The notes under the pieces are model-generated. The model was not told the origin of the DNA. It was given only the letters and a program-made list of their open reading frames with translations, and made no database searches. The position numbers and the translations under genes are program-made. From Candidatus Fermentibacteraceae bacterium (GTDB lineage Bacteria; Fermentibacterota; Fermentibacteria; Fermentibacterales; JCC-6): 28,491 nucleotides of DNA. Shown piece by piece: positions 1 through 9,113 of the stretch. The stretch's first letter is position 1. Every line of letters begins with the position of its first letter. The stretch is from the NCBI GenBank assembly GCA_041686025.1, contig JAWLEP010000005.1:58513-87003 (forward strand), given 5' to 3'.

Positions 1-531
1 CTGGGCCGGCTGGAGATGGACCAGGACCGCTGCGGAACCGCGGTAGACTACCTGCGCGAAGCCGCCGAGCTCTTCTGCCAGCTGGGCAGCGCCGTCCTGG
101 AGACCGAAGCCAGGCTGGCAACCGCCAGGGCCCTCATACGCAAGGGCGACCTCGCGGAGGCCGGGGCCCTGCTGCAGCAGCTGGACGAAGAGGGGATGCG
201 GGCCGACCACAGCGCCACCCTCCGCTACCTGCGGGCGCTGCTGCAGCTGGAGGCCTTCCGGGCGGGAGGGGAAGAGTCCCTGCTGCGGAAGGCCCGCGCC
301 GGGCTGAGGCAGGCCGTTTCGGACGAAAGCGGGCTGCAGCGCATTCCGGAGGTGGCCAGGCGCTGGCTTGAGCTGGCGGAGGCCGAGGAGCTGGCGGGGG
401 GCCGGGAAGCGGGGCTTGCCGCCCGGCGGAGGGCGGCGGACTGCGTCAGGCGGCTGCTGGACGGGGTACCCTCTGAGAGATCGCGGTCGGTCCTGGAGAA
501 GCTGCCCGTGGTGGCAGGGCTGCTGGGCTGA
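1..531 (+). CDS. C-terminal part of a helical-repeat (TPR-like) protein, 5' truncated by the window edge
   Basis: The frame is open from base 1 (LGRLEMDQ...) to TGA at 529-531. Ala/Leu/Arg/Glu-rich amphipathic helical repeats (AVDYLREAAELF, LAEAGALL). Confidence 0.6.
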   Translation: MGRLEMDQDRCGTAVDYLREAAELFCQLGSAVLETEARLATARALIRKGDLAEAGALLQQLDEEGMRADHSATLRYLRALLQLEAFRAGGEESLLRKARAGLRQAVSDESGLQRIPEVARRWLELAEAEELAGGREAGLAARRRAADCVRRLLDGVPSERSRSVLEKLPVVAGLLG

Positions 532-534
532 GAC

Positions 535-562
535 AAAAAAAGGGGCCCCAAATAGGGGCCCC
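535..562 (-). terminator. Rho-independent terminator closing the long minus-strand run
   Basis: Minus strand reads GGGGCCCC-TATTT-GGGGCCCC-TTTTTTT, 15 nt after the stop at 578. Confidence 0.85.
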
Positions 563-577
563 AATGAAAGGGACTTC

Positions 578-961
578 CTAGAAGCCCATTCCTCCGCCGG
601 GTACGACCCACTTGCCGTTCTCCATCATCAGCTCGATGTCTTCCTCGCTGGTCTCGCCCATGAAGGTGGTCTTCACCGTTACGGTAGCGGTCTCGCCGTC
701 CTCGCTTACCTCGGAACCGACTATCTCGTACTCGAAGCTCTCGAACATACCGGCCATGCCCTGGAACATCTCGCGCTCCTCGTCGGTAATCTCGGAACGG
801 TCTGCCTCGGGCATGTACTCCATCATGGCGTCAATGTCGCCGGCCTTGAGGGCATCGAACATGCCCTTGACTGCGGCCTCGGGATTGGATGACCCGCCAC
901 CGCCACAGGCAATGAGCAGCCCCAGAGCGGCAATTGCGACCCCTGCGAAAACTCTACGCAT
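578..961 (-). CDS. Small lipoprotein, NTF2-like/DUF4878-like
   Basis: ATG at 961 after GGAGG. Signal peptide with lipobox LIAC. Pattern PEAAVKGMFDAL...ATVTV...ENGKWVV. Confidence 0.8.
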   Translation of the reverse strand: MRRVFAGVAIAALGLLIACGGGGSSNPEAAVKGMFDALKAGDIDAMMEYMPEADRSEITDEEREMFQGMAGMFESFEYEIVGSEVSEDGETATVTVKTTFMGETSEEDIELMMENGKWVVPGGGMGF

Positions 962-1021
962 CTCTTCCTCCAAGGTTTGTATTACCCTCTCGGCGGCGCT
1001 GCCGCCGATTTCCTGAGCAGC

Positions 1022-1050
1022 AAAATACTGTATCTATATCCCGTCGGCAA
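1022..1050 (-). promoter_or_regulatory. Putative sigma70 promoter for the 578-961 lipoprotein
   Basis: TTGCCG-N17-TATTTT in an AT-rich patch. A hairpin TCGGCGGC/GCCGCCGA at 990-1008 lies in the predicted 5' UTR. Confidence 0.55.
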
Positions 1051-1079
1051 CTGCCTGTCGCAGCACGGGTCTCTGACCG

Positions 1080-1475
1080 CTAGAGGGTCCCGCCGTCCAC
1101 TACCACCCACCTGCCGTTCTCCGTAACTGCGGTCATCTCCTTGGGGGCGGTTTGCCCCATGACGGTAAGCTGGACGGTTACGCGGGCGCTGTCGCCCTGT
1201 TCGTTCAGCTCGGAGGAGATCACCTCGTACTCGATTTGTGAGAGGAAACCGCTGTTGCGCTCCACGTTCTCGCGGTCGGACTCGGTGAACTCCTCCCGCC
1301 TTTCTCTGGGAAGGTAGGGCATCATGCCCTCCACATCGGCTGCAACCATGGCAGCCATAAGTGACTCTACGGCGTCTGCGGGATCCTCCGGACCCTCGGT
1401 GATTGCGGCCCCGCTCCCGCCGCCGCATGCAAGCAGAAGGGCCAGCGCGCACATGGTGAAGGCTGAATTTCTCAA
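1080..1475 (-). CDS. Small lipoprotein, NTF2-like/DUF4878-like, paralog of 578-961
   Basis: TTG start after a G-rich SD. Lipobox LLAC. Shares MMxYxP, EYExxxSE, GxxAxVTV and ENGxWVV with its neighbour. Confidence 0.8.
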   Translation of the reverse strand: MRNSAFTMCALALLLACGGGSGAAITEGPEDPADAVESLMAAMVAADVEGMMPYLPRERREEFTESDRENVERNSGFLSQIEYEVISSELNEQGDSARVTVQLTVMGQTAPKEMTAVTENGRWVVVDGGTL

Positions 1476-1512
1476 TTGTCTACCCCCCTACGAATTGGCA
1501 TGCTCCCTTGTG

Positions 1513-2013
1513 CTAGCGGCCGAAGCCGGCCAGCGCCCTGTCCAGCAGGCGCGAGCCGCTGATCTTCCACGCACCCTCCTCCCAGACCATGGACATGTGC
1601 AGGCTGTCGCCCCCCAGCAGGGCCAGACCCACCTCGGCCCTGCGGCCGGACATGGTCACGTGCTCCCGCTCGACTTCCGAGAAGTGGAAGCTCGGGCGGC
1701 GCCTGCGCAGCACCAGGTCCAGAAGCTCCTCCGACGTCATCCCCGCCAGCTGGTCGGGGCCTATGCCCAGCCCGGTGGACCGCAGCAGGTCGGAGGCGGC
1801 GGCAGGGCTCTGCCGGGCCAGCTCCTTCAGGCCCTCCAGCGCGGCGTCCACCCTGGCCCGAACGTCGGCGCTGAGCAGGTCCATCACCGCCCAGGCGTCG
1901 GCGCGGGTGAGGGCGTCCATCATGTCGTGGGCGGTGTCCAGCGGCGCGGCCAGCACGGCGCCGGCAGCAAACAGGACCGCTATAACCGTCATTCCAGGCC
2001 GCAGCATATCCAC
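1513..2013 (-). CDS. Exported hypothetical protein, distant NTF2-like
   Basis: Signal peptide ending AVLA-A. C-terminal AEV...EEGAWKI resembles the two downstream lipoproteins. Confidence 0.65.
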   Translation of the reverse strand: MDMLRPGMTVIAVLFAAGAVLAAPLDTAHDMMDALTRADAWAVMDLLSADVRARVDAALEGLKELARQSPAAASDLLRSTGLGIGPDQLAGMTSEELLDLVLRRRRPSFHFSEVEREHVTMSGRRAEVGLALLGGDSLHMSMVWEEGAWKISGSRLLDRALAGFGR

Positions 2014-2945
2014 GTCCTTCCCTCCCGCATCAGCTCCACGAACGCACGCTCCCCGGCGGCCAGACGGAGCTCGTTCGTACCCGCGCCCACCGGCCTCTGG
2101 ATCACGTTCCGGGCGGTGCGCACCCGGACGGAGGCTTCCGCCGGCACGTCCAGCAGCAGGAGGTCCTCCTCCCGCCGGAAACGGAAGCCGCGGGCCGAGC
2201 CCAGGGCCGGACGGCTGGTGAAGACCGCTCCCCTGCGCAGGGCCTCTACGATGTCTTCCTCCCCGGGGTCCCCGGCGCGCCCGGGGTCCAGCAGCACGTG
2301 GGTCTGGAGCTTGCCCAGCAGCGAGCCGTAGGGAAACACCTCCAGCCGCAGCGGGCCCATGCCGAAGCGCAGGCCGTGGGCGTCCACGCCGCCCACTGCG
2401 CAGCCTCCGGTCTGCAGCCAGAGGTCCACGGCTCCCGGGTCCGGCCCGCCCACGAACCCGTCGGGGTCGGCCACCCTCCTGCGAAGGTCCCGCAGCGTGG
2501 CCCCGGTCTTCCAGTCGGACATGTAGTTCCAGACCTCCACTCCGTCTATTCCGGGAAGCGGGCCGCGGTTCCAGGGGTAGGGGCCCATCTTGGGCAGCCT
2601 GGCTCCGGTCTCGCAGGGATGGGCGACTATGGCCAGGCCAGCGGAGGAGGCCAGCGTCGCCAGCTGGCCGGCGGTGTCGGTTACCGGGGGAATGGCGTCC
2701 GCGCCGTAGACCAGAATGTGGTTTGCGCGGGTGGGATCGTTGAGCTCGGAGCCGGCCAGCACCACCACGCCGCTGTGGCGCCCGGCCCAGCCCGCCTCCC
2801 TGGCCTTGAGGTTGCGGTGGTCGTTGATGCCCAGGAAGTCCAGGCCCATGTCCGCGGCCAGGGAGACCAGCTCCGCCGGAGTGGCGGTGCCGTCGGAGAA
2901 ACGGGTATGGACATGGAGGACGCCCACCAGCTCCGCCGACCGCAT
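1989..2945 (-). CDS. PHP-domain metallohydrolase (CehA/McbA-like)
   Basis: HVHTRFSDG, NDH, AHP, EVWN and GGVDAH metal-binding motifs. ATG at 2945, just after the etfA stop. Confidence 0.85.
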   Translation of the reverse strand: MRSAELVGVLHVHTRFSDGTATPAELVSLAADMGLDFLGINDHRNLKAREAGWAGRHSGVVVLAGSELNDPTRANHILVYGADAIPPVTDTAGQLATLASSAGLAIVAHPCETGARLPKMGPYPWNRGPLPGIDGVEVWNYMSDWKTGATLRDLRRRVADPDGFVGGPDPGAVDLWLQTGGCAVGGVDAHGLRFGMGPLRLEVFPYGSLLGKLQTHVLLDPGRAGDPGEEDIVEALRRGAVFTSRPALGSARGFRFRREEDLLLLDVPAEASVRVRTARNVIQRPVGAGTNELRLAAGERAFVELMREGRTWICCGLE

Positions 2946-2950
2946 CACTG

Positions 2951-4156
2951 TCAGTCCTTCTCCTCCCGCCTCCTGCGCAGCTCCTTCACCAGGGCGGGGA
3001 TCACCTCGAACAGGTCCCCCACGAAACCGGCGTCGCAGATATCGAAGATGGGAGCGTCGGGGTCCTTGTTCACCGCGTAGATGGTGTCCGAGGACTGCAT
3101 GCCCACCCGGTGCTGCACGGCGCCGGAGATGCCGCAGGCGATGTATATCTTCGGCTGCACCGTCTTGCCCGTCTGCCCCACCTGGTGGGGATAGGGGATC
3201 CATCCGGCGTCCACCGCGGCGCGGCTGGCGCCTACGCTTCCGTCCAGCAGCTCGGCCAGCTCCTCCAGCAGGGGGAAGTTCTCCGGGCCCTTCAGGCCCC
3301 GGCCGCCGGAGACGATGTACTCCGACTCCGTTATGTCCACCTCCCCCTCCTCCAGGGGCGAGAACTCCAGGAGCTCGACCCGGGAGCGCAGCATGCCCTC
3401 GTCGGGGTCGATCCTCTCCACCTCGGCCTTCCGGCCGGGGTCGGGGTCGGCGGGCTTCATCACCATGGGCCTCACAGTGGCCATCTGCGGACGGGTGTGC
3501 TCACAGACGATGGTGGCCATGATGTTGCCGCCGAAGGCGGGCCGGGTCTGCTGCAGAAGGCCGGTGTCCGGGTCTATGAGCAGGCCGGTGCAGTCGGCGG
3601 TGAGGCCGGTGTCCAGCAGCTTGGCCACCCTGGGCATCAGGTCCCGCCCGGTGGTGGTGGCAGCCGCCAGGACCACGGCCGGCTTCTTCTCCCCGATCAC
3701 CTGCTGCAGAACCGCCGCGCAGGGCTCGGTGGTGTAGTGGGACAGCGCCTCGTGCTCGGCCAGCCAGACCCTGTCGGCGCCGCCTTCGGCCAGCCTCCGC
3801 GGCCAGTCGCCGGCGTCGGCCGTCATCAGCAGCACGCTGACCTCGCTGTCGTCGGTCTCGGCCAGTCTCCTGGCCTCTCCCAGAAGCTCCAGGGTGGAGC
3901 CGTCCACCTCGCCGTCACGCTGCTCGGCAACCACCATGATCCCGCTGTACTCGGAGAGGTCGGCCGCGTCCCTCTGCTCCTCGCGCATGATTATGGCGTC
4001 GAAGGGGCACTCGGAGACGCAGGCGCCGCACAGGGTGCAGGCCTCGCCTATGACGGCCAGTCCCTCCTCCATGGTGATGGCGCCGAAGGGACAGACGGGA
4101 ACGCAGGCTCCGCATCCGGTGCAGAGCTCGGGGCTTACGCTTATCCTGGCTATCAT
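2951..4156 (-). CDS. etfA: Electron transfer flavoprotein alpha subunit with N-terminal 2[4Fe-4S] ferredoxin domain
   Basis: [12 protein letters not shown] and [40 protein letters not shown] overlap with etfB. Confidence 0.95.
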   Translation of the reverse strand: MIARISVSPELCTGCGACVPVCPFGAITMEEGLAVIGEACTLCGACVSECPFDAIIMREEQRDAADLSEYSGIMVVAEQRDGEVDGSTLELLGEARRLAETDDSEVSVLLMTADAGDWPRRLAEGGADRVWLAEHEALSHYTTEPCAAVLQQVIGEKKPAVVLAAATTTGRDLMPRVAKLLDTGLTADCTGLLIDPDTGLLQQTRPAFGGNIMATIVCEHTRPQMATVRPMVMKPADPDPGRKAEVERIDPDEGMLRSRVELLEFSPLEEGEVDITESEYIVSGGRGLKGPENFPLLEELAELLDGSVGASRAAVDAGWIPYPHQVGQTGKTVQPKIYIACGISGAVQHRVGMQSSDTIYAVNKDPDAPIFDICDAGFVGDLFEVIPALVKELRRRREEKD

Positions 4157-4944
4157 CCCTGCGCCCCCTCTCCGGTTATGTAGTCCGCCAGCAGACGGGC
4201 CAGCTCCTCCGGTTCTGCGTGATGGACCTCTCCGGCGCTGCTGCGGCCCTCCGGGGTGGCTATCCTGACCACCCGGGTGGGGGAACCCTCCAGCCCCACC
4301 TGCTCCTCGTCCAGCTCCAGGTCCGAGAGCCCCCATGTCGGTATCTCGGCCTTGCGGGCCTTCATCTTGCCCCGCAGGGAGGGCAGGCGCGGGGTGTTGG
4401 CGTCCTTCAGAACCGTCAGGACCACCGGGAGGGAGGAGGCGACGGTCTCGTATCCGCCCTCCACCTCGCGTCGGGCCACTATGCGTTCTTCGTCCAGCTC
4501 CTTCACCTCGCCCACGAAGGTGATCTGGGGCCAGTCCAGGGAGGCGGCTATGCCGGGGCCGGTCTGGGCGGTGTCGCCGTCGATGGCCTGCTTGCCGGCC
4601 AGGACCATGTCCACGTCCCCCAGCTTCCTCACGGCGGCCGCCAGGGTGTGGCTGGTGGCCCAGGTGTCGGCACCGGCAAAGGCCCTGTCGGAGAGGAGTA
4701 TGGCGCTGTCCGCGCCCATGGATACCGCCTCCCGCAGTATCTCCTCCGCCTGGGGCGGGCCCATGGTCATCACCACCACCTCCCCGCCCAGCCCGTCTCG
4801 CCAGCGGAGGGCCTCCTCCAGAGCGTAGGCGTCGAAGGGGTTCATTATTGAGGGGACTCCCTCCCGTATCAGGGTGCCCCGCTCCTCGTCTATGCGCACC
4901 TCTGCGGTGTCCGGGACCTGCTTCGTCACGACCACGAAACGCAC
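4153..4944 (-). CDS. etfB: Electron transfer flavoprotein beta subunit
   Basis: KQVPDT, NPFDAYALE, FAGADT, GKQAIDGDT and GSPTRV motifs. GTG start at 4944. Confidence 0.95.
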   Translation of the reverse strand: MRFVVVTKQVPDTAEVRIDEERGTLIREGVPSIMNPFDAYALEEALRWRDGLGGEVVVMTMGPPQAEEILREAVSMGADSAILLSDRAFAGADTWATSHTLAAAVRKLGDVDMVLAGKQAIDGDTAQTGPGIAASLDWPQITFVGEVKELDEERIVARREVEGGYETVASSLPVVLTVLKDANTPRLPSLRGKMKARKAEIPTWGLSDLELDEEQVGLEGSPTRVVRIATPEGRSSAGEVHHAEPEELARLLADYITGEGAQG

Positions 4945-4946
4945 GG

Positions 4947-6104
4947 CTAGCTCCCCGAGGCGGTCTCGCGGATCAGCGCCTTGGCTATGACGCTGCGCTG
5001 TATCTGGTTGGTACCCTCGTAGATCTGGGTGATCTTGGCGTCGCGCATCATCTTCTCCACCGGGTACTCCCTCATGTACCCGTAACCGCCGAAGATCTGC
5101 ACCGCGTCGGTGGTGACGCTCATGGCCGTATCGGCGGCGAAGAGCTTGGCCATGGCCGACTCCTTCTCTATCCGCTTGGCGCCGGCGTCCATCATCCTGG
5201 CCACGGAGTAGGTCAGGGCCCTGGCGGCCTCCACCCTGGTGGCCATGTCCGCCAGCATGAACTGGATCCCCTGGAAGGAGTCGATCCGCTTTCCGAACTG
5301 CCTGCGCTGGGAAGCGTAGACCAGGGCCTCGTCCAGGGCGCCCTGGGCTATGCCCACCGCCTGGGCCGCCACTCCGGGGCGGGAGCGGTCCAGGGTCTTC
5401 ATGGCCACCATGAAGCCCATGCCCTCCCTGGAGATCAGGTTCTCGGCCGGAATGCGGCAGTCCTCGAAGATCAGCTCCCGGGTCACGGAGGCCCGGATGC
5501 CCATCTTGTCCTCCTTCTTGCCGTAGCTGAAGCCCGGAGTGCCGTCCTCCACGATAAAGGCCGATGCCCCCCGCGCCCCCCGGTCGGGGTCGGTCATGGC
5601 GATTACGGTGTACACGTCCGCCTCGCCGCCGTTGGTGATCCACTGCTTGGTGCCGTTGAGGACGTAGCTGTCGCCGTCCTTCACCGCCCGGGTCTTTATG
5701 GCTCCGGCGTCGCTGCCGGCGTCGGGCTCGGTGAGGCCGAAGGCCGCCAGCTTCTTGCCCGCCGCCAGGTCAGGCAGGTACTTCTGCTTCTGCTCCTCGC
5801 TTCCGCTGAGCAGGATGGGCATCGCCCCCAGGGCGTTGGCGGCGTAGGAAACCGCGACCCCGCCGCAGGCCCGGCTCATCTCCTCGGTGGCCAGGCAGAG
5901 GGCCAGCGAGCCCATGCCCGTGCCCCCGTACTCCTCGGGGATGTATATGGTGAAGAGGTCGCTCTGGGCCATGACCTCGATTATCTCGGTGGGGAACCTG
6001 CCCTCGCGGTCCAGCTCCTCCCTGGCGGGCCTGATGTACTGCTCCGCGATCTCCGCGCAGATCTCCCGAATGGCCTCATGGTCCTCGGAAAGGTGGTAGT
6101 CCAC
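4947..6104 (-). CDS. Acyl-CoA dehydrogenase, butyryl-CoA dehydrogenase-like
   Basis: FGLTEPDAGSD, LNGTKQWITNG, KMGIRAS, QIFGGYGY, QIYEGTNQIQR (catalytic Glu). Confidence 0.95.
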   Translation of the reverse strand: MDYHLSEDHEAIREICAEIAEQYIRPAREELDREGRFPTEIIEVMAQSDLFTIYIPEEYGGTGMGSLALCLATEEMSRACGGVAVSYAANALGAMPILLSGSEEQKQKYLPDLAAGKKLAAFGLTEPDAGSDAGAIKTRAVKDGDSYVLNGTKQWITNGGEADVYTVIAMTDPDRGARGASAFIVEDGTPGFSYGKKEDKMGIRASVTRELIFEDCRIPAENLISREGMGFMVAMKTLDRSRPGVAAQAVGIAQGALDEALVYASQRRQFGKRIDSFQGIQFMLADMATRVEAARALTYSVARMMDAGAKRIEKESAMAKLFAADTAMSVTTDAVQIFGGYGYMREYPVEKMMRDAKITQIYEGTNQIQRSVIAKALIRETASGS

Positions 6105-6780
6105 GCCGCTCCTCCCTTTTTATGACAGCCACCGCCTTCCTGGCGGCGTCGCTCTCGGCTTCTCCAATGCTCCCGCCCCTTCCCCGGGCGGCCGGCTCGC
6201 CGTACAGGCGAACCTCGACGGTGAACTCAGGTCTGTGGTCCGGCCCCTTACGGCCGAGCACCCTGTACTCCGGCACTCCGCCGCCGCGGGACTGGGCCAG
6301 CTCCTGCAGCTCGGACTTGGGGGAGATGGGAACGTCACCGGTCCCGCACCCCTCCACGACCAGCCCGGCGGCATCCATCACCACCAGGGCCGCCTCCAGG
6401 CCGCCATCGAGAAATGCGGCTCCCAGAAGGGCCTCCAGGGTACCCGCCAGCACGGACCGGGGCAGGCTTCCCGTCTCCGAGGCCAGGCCCGCGTCCGCCT
6501 CTATGTGCTCCTCCAGGCCGATGCGCCGCGCTCCGTCCGCCAGGCTCTCCGTCCTGACCAGAGCTATCTTCCTCCTGGTCAGCTCTCCCTCGCCGGACTC
6601 CGGCAGCTCGGCGGTGAGCCTGTGTCTCACCAGAAGCTCCAGTACGGCGTCGCCCAGGAACTCCAGCCTCTCGTTGTCGACGCCCTGCCGCCGGGCTGAG
6701 GAATGCCTCAGGGCCCTCTCCAGCAGCCCGGGGCTGTCGAACCGGTACCCCAGCCGCTCCTCGAGACGCTGCCCGCCCAG
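6076..6780 (-). CDS. rnc: Ribonuclease III (probable CTG start)
   Basis: Manual translation upstream of the ORF track gives LEERLGYRF...ALRHSS...NERLEFLGDAVLEL. A C-terminal dsRBD follows (PKSELQELAQ...GPDHRPEFTVEV). The start codon is inferred. Confidence 0.9.
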   Translation of the reverse strand: MGGQRLEERLGYRFDSPGLLERALRHSSARRQGVDNERLEFLGDAVLELLVRHRLTAELPESGEGELTRRKIALVRTESLADGARRIGLEEHIEADAGLASETGSLPRSVLAGTLEALLGAAFLDGGLEAALVVMDAAGLVVEGCGTGDVPISPKSELQELAQSRGGGVPEYRVLGRKGPDHRPEFTVEVRLYGEPAARGRGGSIGEAESDAARKAVAVIKREERRGLPPFRGP

Positions 6781-6789
6781 GGGAGGCCT

Positions 6790-8031
6790 CTAGACCTTCG
6801 CCACCCCGAGGGTGACGTTGTGGCCGCCGAAACCCAGGGAGTTGCTCAGGGCGAACGATATGTCCGCCTCCCGGGCCTCTCCGGGCACGTAGTCCAGGTC
6901 ACATCCGTCGTCGGGGTCCTGGAGGGTGGCCGTGGGAGGCACAATCCCGTTCCGGAGCGCCAGCGCCGTGAAGATCAGCTCCATGGCCCCGGCTGCCCCC
7001 AGCAGGTGTCCGGTGACCGACTTGGTGGAGGAGACCATGATGCTCCTGGCGTGCTCCTCACCCAGCGCGGTCTTGATGGCCTGGGTCTCGGATATGTCGT
7101 TGAGCTGCGTGGACGTGCCGTGGGCGTTGACGTAGTCCACCCGCTCGGCCGGTACCCCGGCCCTGCTGAGGACCAGAGACATCGAGCGGGCGGAGCCCTC
7201 GCCGCCCTCGGCGGGGGCGGTGATGTGGTGGGCGTCGCACGTCATGCCGCACTCCACCACCTCGGCGATTATGTCCGCCCCCCTTCGCCTGGCGTGCTCG
7301 TACTCCTCCAGCACCACCACGGCGCCGCCCTCGGCCATGACGAAACCGTCGCGCCCCCTGTCGAAGGGACGGGATGCGGTCTCCGGGTCGTCGTTTCGGG
7401 TGCTGAGGGCCTTCATGGCGCAGAAGCCTCCCAGGCCCATGAGGGTTATGGGAGCCTCGCTGCCGCCGGCCACCACGGCGTCCGCTCGGTCCAGCCTTAT
7501 GGCGTCGTAGGACATGGCAATGGCATGCCCCGAGCTGGCGCAGGCCGTTACGGTAGCCAGGTTGATGCCCTTGGCGTTGAGGTCTATCCCCACCCAGCCG
7601 CTGGCCATGTTGCTTATCATCATGGGACAGAAGAAGGGGCTGATCCTGCTCGCCCCCCTCTCCAGCGCCTTCCGGTGGTTCTGCTCCATGGTGTCGATGC
7701 CGCCTATTCCGGAGCCGATTATGGCGCCCAGGCGCTCCGGGGGCAGCCCGCTGTCCTCCAGGCCAGAACCGACGTAAGCCTCCCTGGCGGCGACTATGGC
7801 GAACTGGGTGTACCTGTCGGTCCTCCGGGCGATCTTGCGGTCCAGGTAGGCCTGGGGGTCGAAGCTCTTCACCTCGCCGGCGATCTTGCTGTCGAAGGGC
7901 TCGGGGTCCAGCAGGGTAATCCTCCGGACTCCGCTGCGGCCCTGCACCGCGCTGTCCCAGCACTCGGCCACGTTCTTTCCCACGGGACTGATGGCACCAA
8001 GACCGGTAATCACTACTCGTCTAGTCACCAC
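6790..8031 (-). CDS. fabF: 3-oxoacyl-ACP synthase II
   Basis: RRVVITGLG, TACASS (Cys), NAHGTST, KSVTGHLLGAAG, SNSLGFGGHN. Confidence 0.97.
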   Translation of the reverse strand: MVTRRVVITGLGAISPVGKNVAECWDSAVQGRSGVRRITLLDPEPFDSKIAGEVKSFDPQAYLDRKIARRTDRYTQFAIVAAREAYVGSGLEDSGLPPERLGAIIGSGIGGIDTMEQNHRKALERGASRISPFFCPMMISNMASGWVGIDLNAKGINLATVTACASSGHAIAMSYDAIRLDRADAVVAGGSEAPITLMGLGGFCAMKALSTRNDDPETASRPFDRGRDGFVMAEGGAVVVLEEYEHARRRGADIIAEVVECGMTCDAHHITAPAEGGEGSARSMSLVLSRAGVPAERVDYVNAHGTSTQLNDISETQAIKTALGEEHARSIMVSSTKSVTGHLLGAAGAMELIFTALALRNGIVPPTATLQDPDDGCDLDYVPGEAREADISFALSNSLGFGGHNVTLGVAKV

Positions 8032-8126
8032 ACCATCCTTCTCTTGGCCTCTGTCTCAACTGGCGTTCGGCCGCGGCACCGCCGGCATGGGGCGCCGCGG
8101 CTTCCAACTGCTCAGAGGAGGGGTCT

Positions 8127-8366
8127 CTAGACCTCCACTCCCTTTTCCTTGAGGTAGTTGACCACATCTCCCACGGTGGCGAGCTTTCCGGCCTCCTCGT
8201 CGCTGATCTTCAGCCCGAAGGAGTCCTCGAAGTCCATCATCAGCTCCACCAGATCCAGGGAGTCGGCGCCGAGGTCGTTCTGGAAGTCGGCCTCCGGCTT
8301 CACCTCGGAGCGCTTTACGGCCAGCTTGTTAACTATGATGTCGGAGACACGGTTCTCTAGAGACAT
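8127..8366 (-). CDS. acpP: Acyl carrier protein
   Basis: [12 protein letters not shown] phosphopantetheine attachment site; 79 aa, acidic. Confidence 0.97.
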   Translation of the reverse strand: MSLENRVSDIIVNKLAVKRSEVKPEADFQNDLGADSLDLVELMMDFEDSFGLKISDEEAGKLATVGDVVNYLKEKGVEV

Positions 8367-8380
8367 GTGCTCTTCCTTTC

Positions 8381-9103
8381 TCAGGTTGTAAGGCCACCAT
8401 CCACCGGCAGAACCACTCCGGAAATATACTGCGAGTCATCGCTCAGCAGAAACCTCACAGCTCCGGCCACGTTCTCCGGCGTCCCCATCCGACCCAGGGG
8501 GATCCTCTCGGCGTAGCCCTCCCGAACCTCTTCGGGCAGCTCCGCCGTCATCTCCGTCTCGATGAATCCGGGCGCTATGGCGTTGACCCTTATCCCCCGC
8601 GCGCCCAGCTCGCGGCACAGCGACCGGGTGAGGCCCAGCAGGCCGGCCTTGCTGGCCGCGTAGTTCACCTGTCCGGCCCCTCCCAGCAGCGCCACCACGG
8701 AGGATATGTTGACGATGGAGCCGCTCCTGGCCCGCATCATCCCCCGGCTCAGCGCCTTGGACATCAGAAAGGCGCCGGTGAGGTTCACGTTGATCACGGC
8801 ATCCCAGTCCGCCCTGCCCATCCTCATCATCAGGGTGTCCCGGGTTATGCCGGCGTTGTTCACCAGACCGGTGACCGGCCCCATGGAGTCCCGTATCTCC
8901 CGGGCGGTTTTGCCTACCTGATCCTCGTCGGTGACGTCCAGCACGAAGGGCCGGAAGGCCTCTCCCAGCTCTTCGGCACGCTGCCGGAGGGGGTCCTCCA
9001 GTATGTCACAGGCCGCCACGGACCATCCATCGGCCATGAGCTCCCTGGCGATGGCCAGCCCTATTCCGCGGGCGGCTCCGGTGACTGCTGCGACACGGCT
9101 CAT
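8381..9103 (-). CDS. fabG: 3-oxoacyl-ACP reductase
   Basis: [24 protein letters not shown] at 9103 after GAGGAGG. Confidence 0.96.
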   Translation of the reverse strand: MSRVAAVTGAARGIGLAIARELMADGWSVAACDILEDPLRQRAEELGEAFRPFVLDVTDEDQVGKTAREIRDSMGPVTGLVNNAGITRDTLMMRMGRADWDAVINVNLTGAFLMSKALSRGMMRARSGSIVNISSVVALLGGAGQVNYAASKAGLLGLTRSLCRELGARGIRVNAIAPGFIETEMTAELPEEVREGYAERIPLGRMGTPENVAGAVRFLLSDDSQYISGVVLPVDGGLTT

Positions 9104-9113
9104 CCGAACCTCC

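Noticed and set aside
4945..5643. Apparent N-terminal extensions of EtfB, EtfA, the PHP protein, MurA, RplY and the 765-aa lipoprotein ORF
   Set aside because: The extensions overlap neighbouring genes or the tRNA in other frames. Better starts with SD sites or stop-start coupling exist downstream.
6790..6792. Genome-wide TAG recoding as the explanation for the fabF-rnc junction
   Set aside because: Many genes here (acpP, rpmF, tmk, ino1, rplY, the acyl-CoA dehydrogenase) end at TAG at their expected C-termini.
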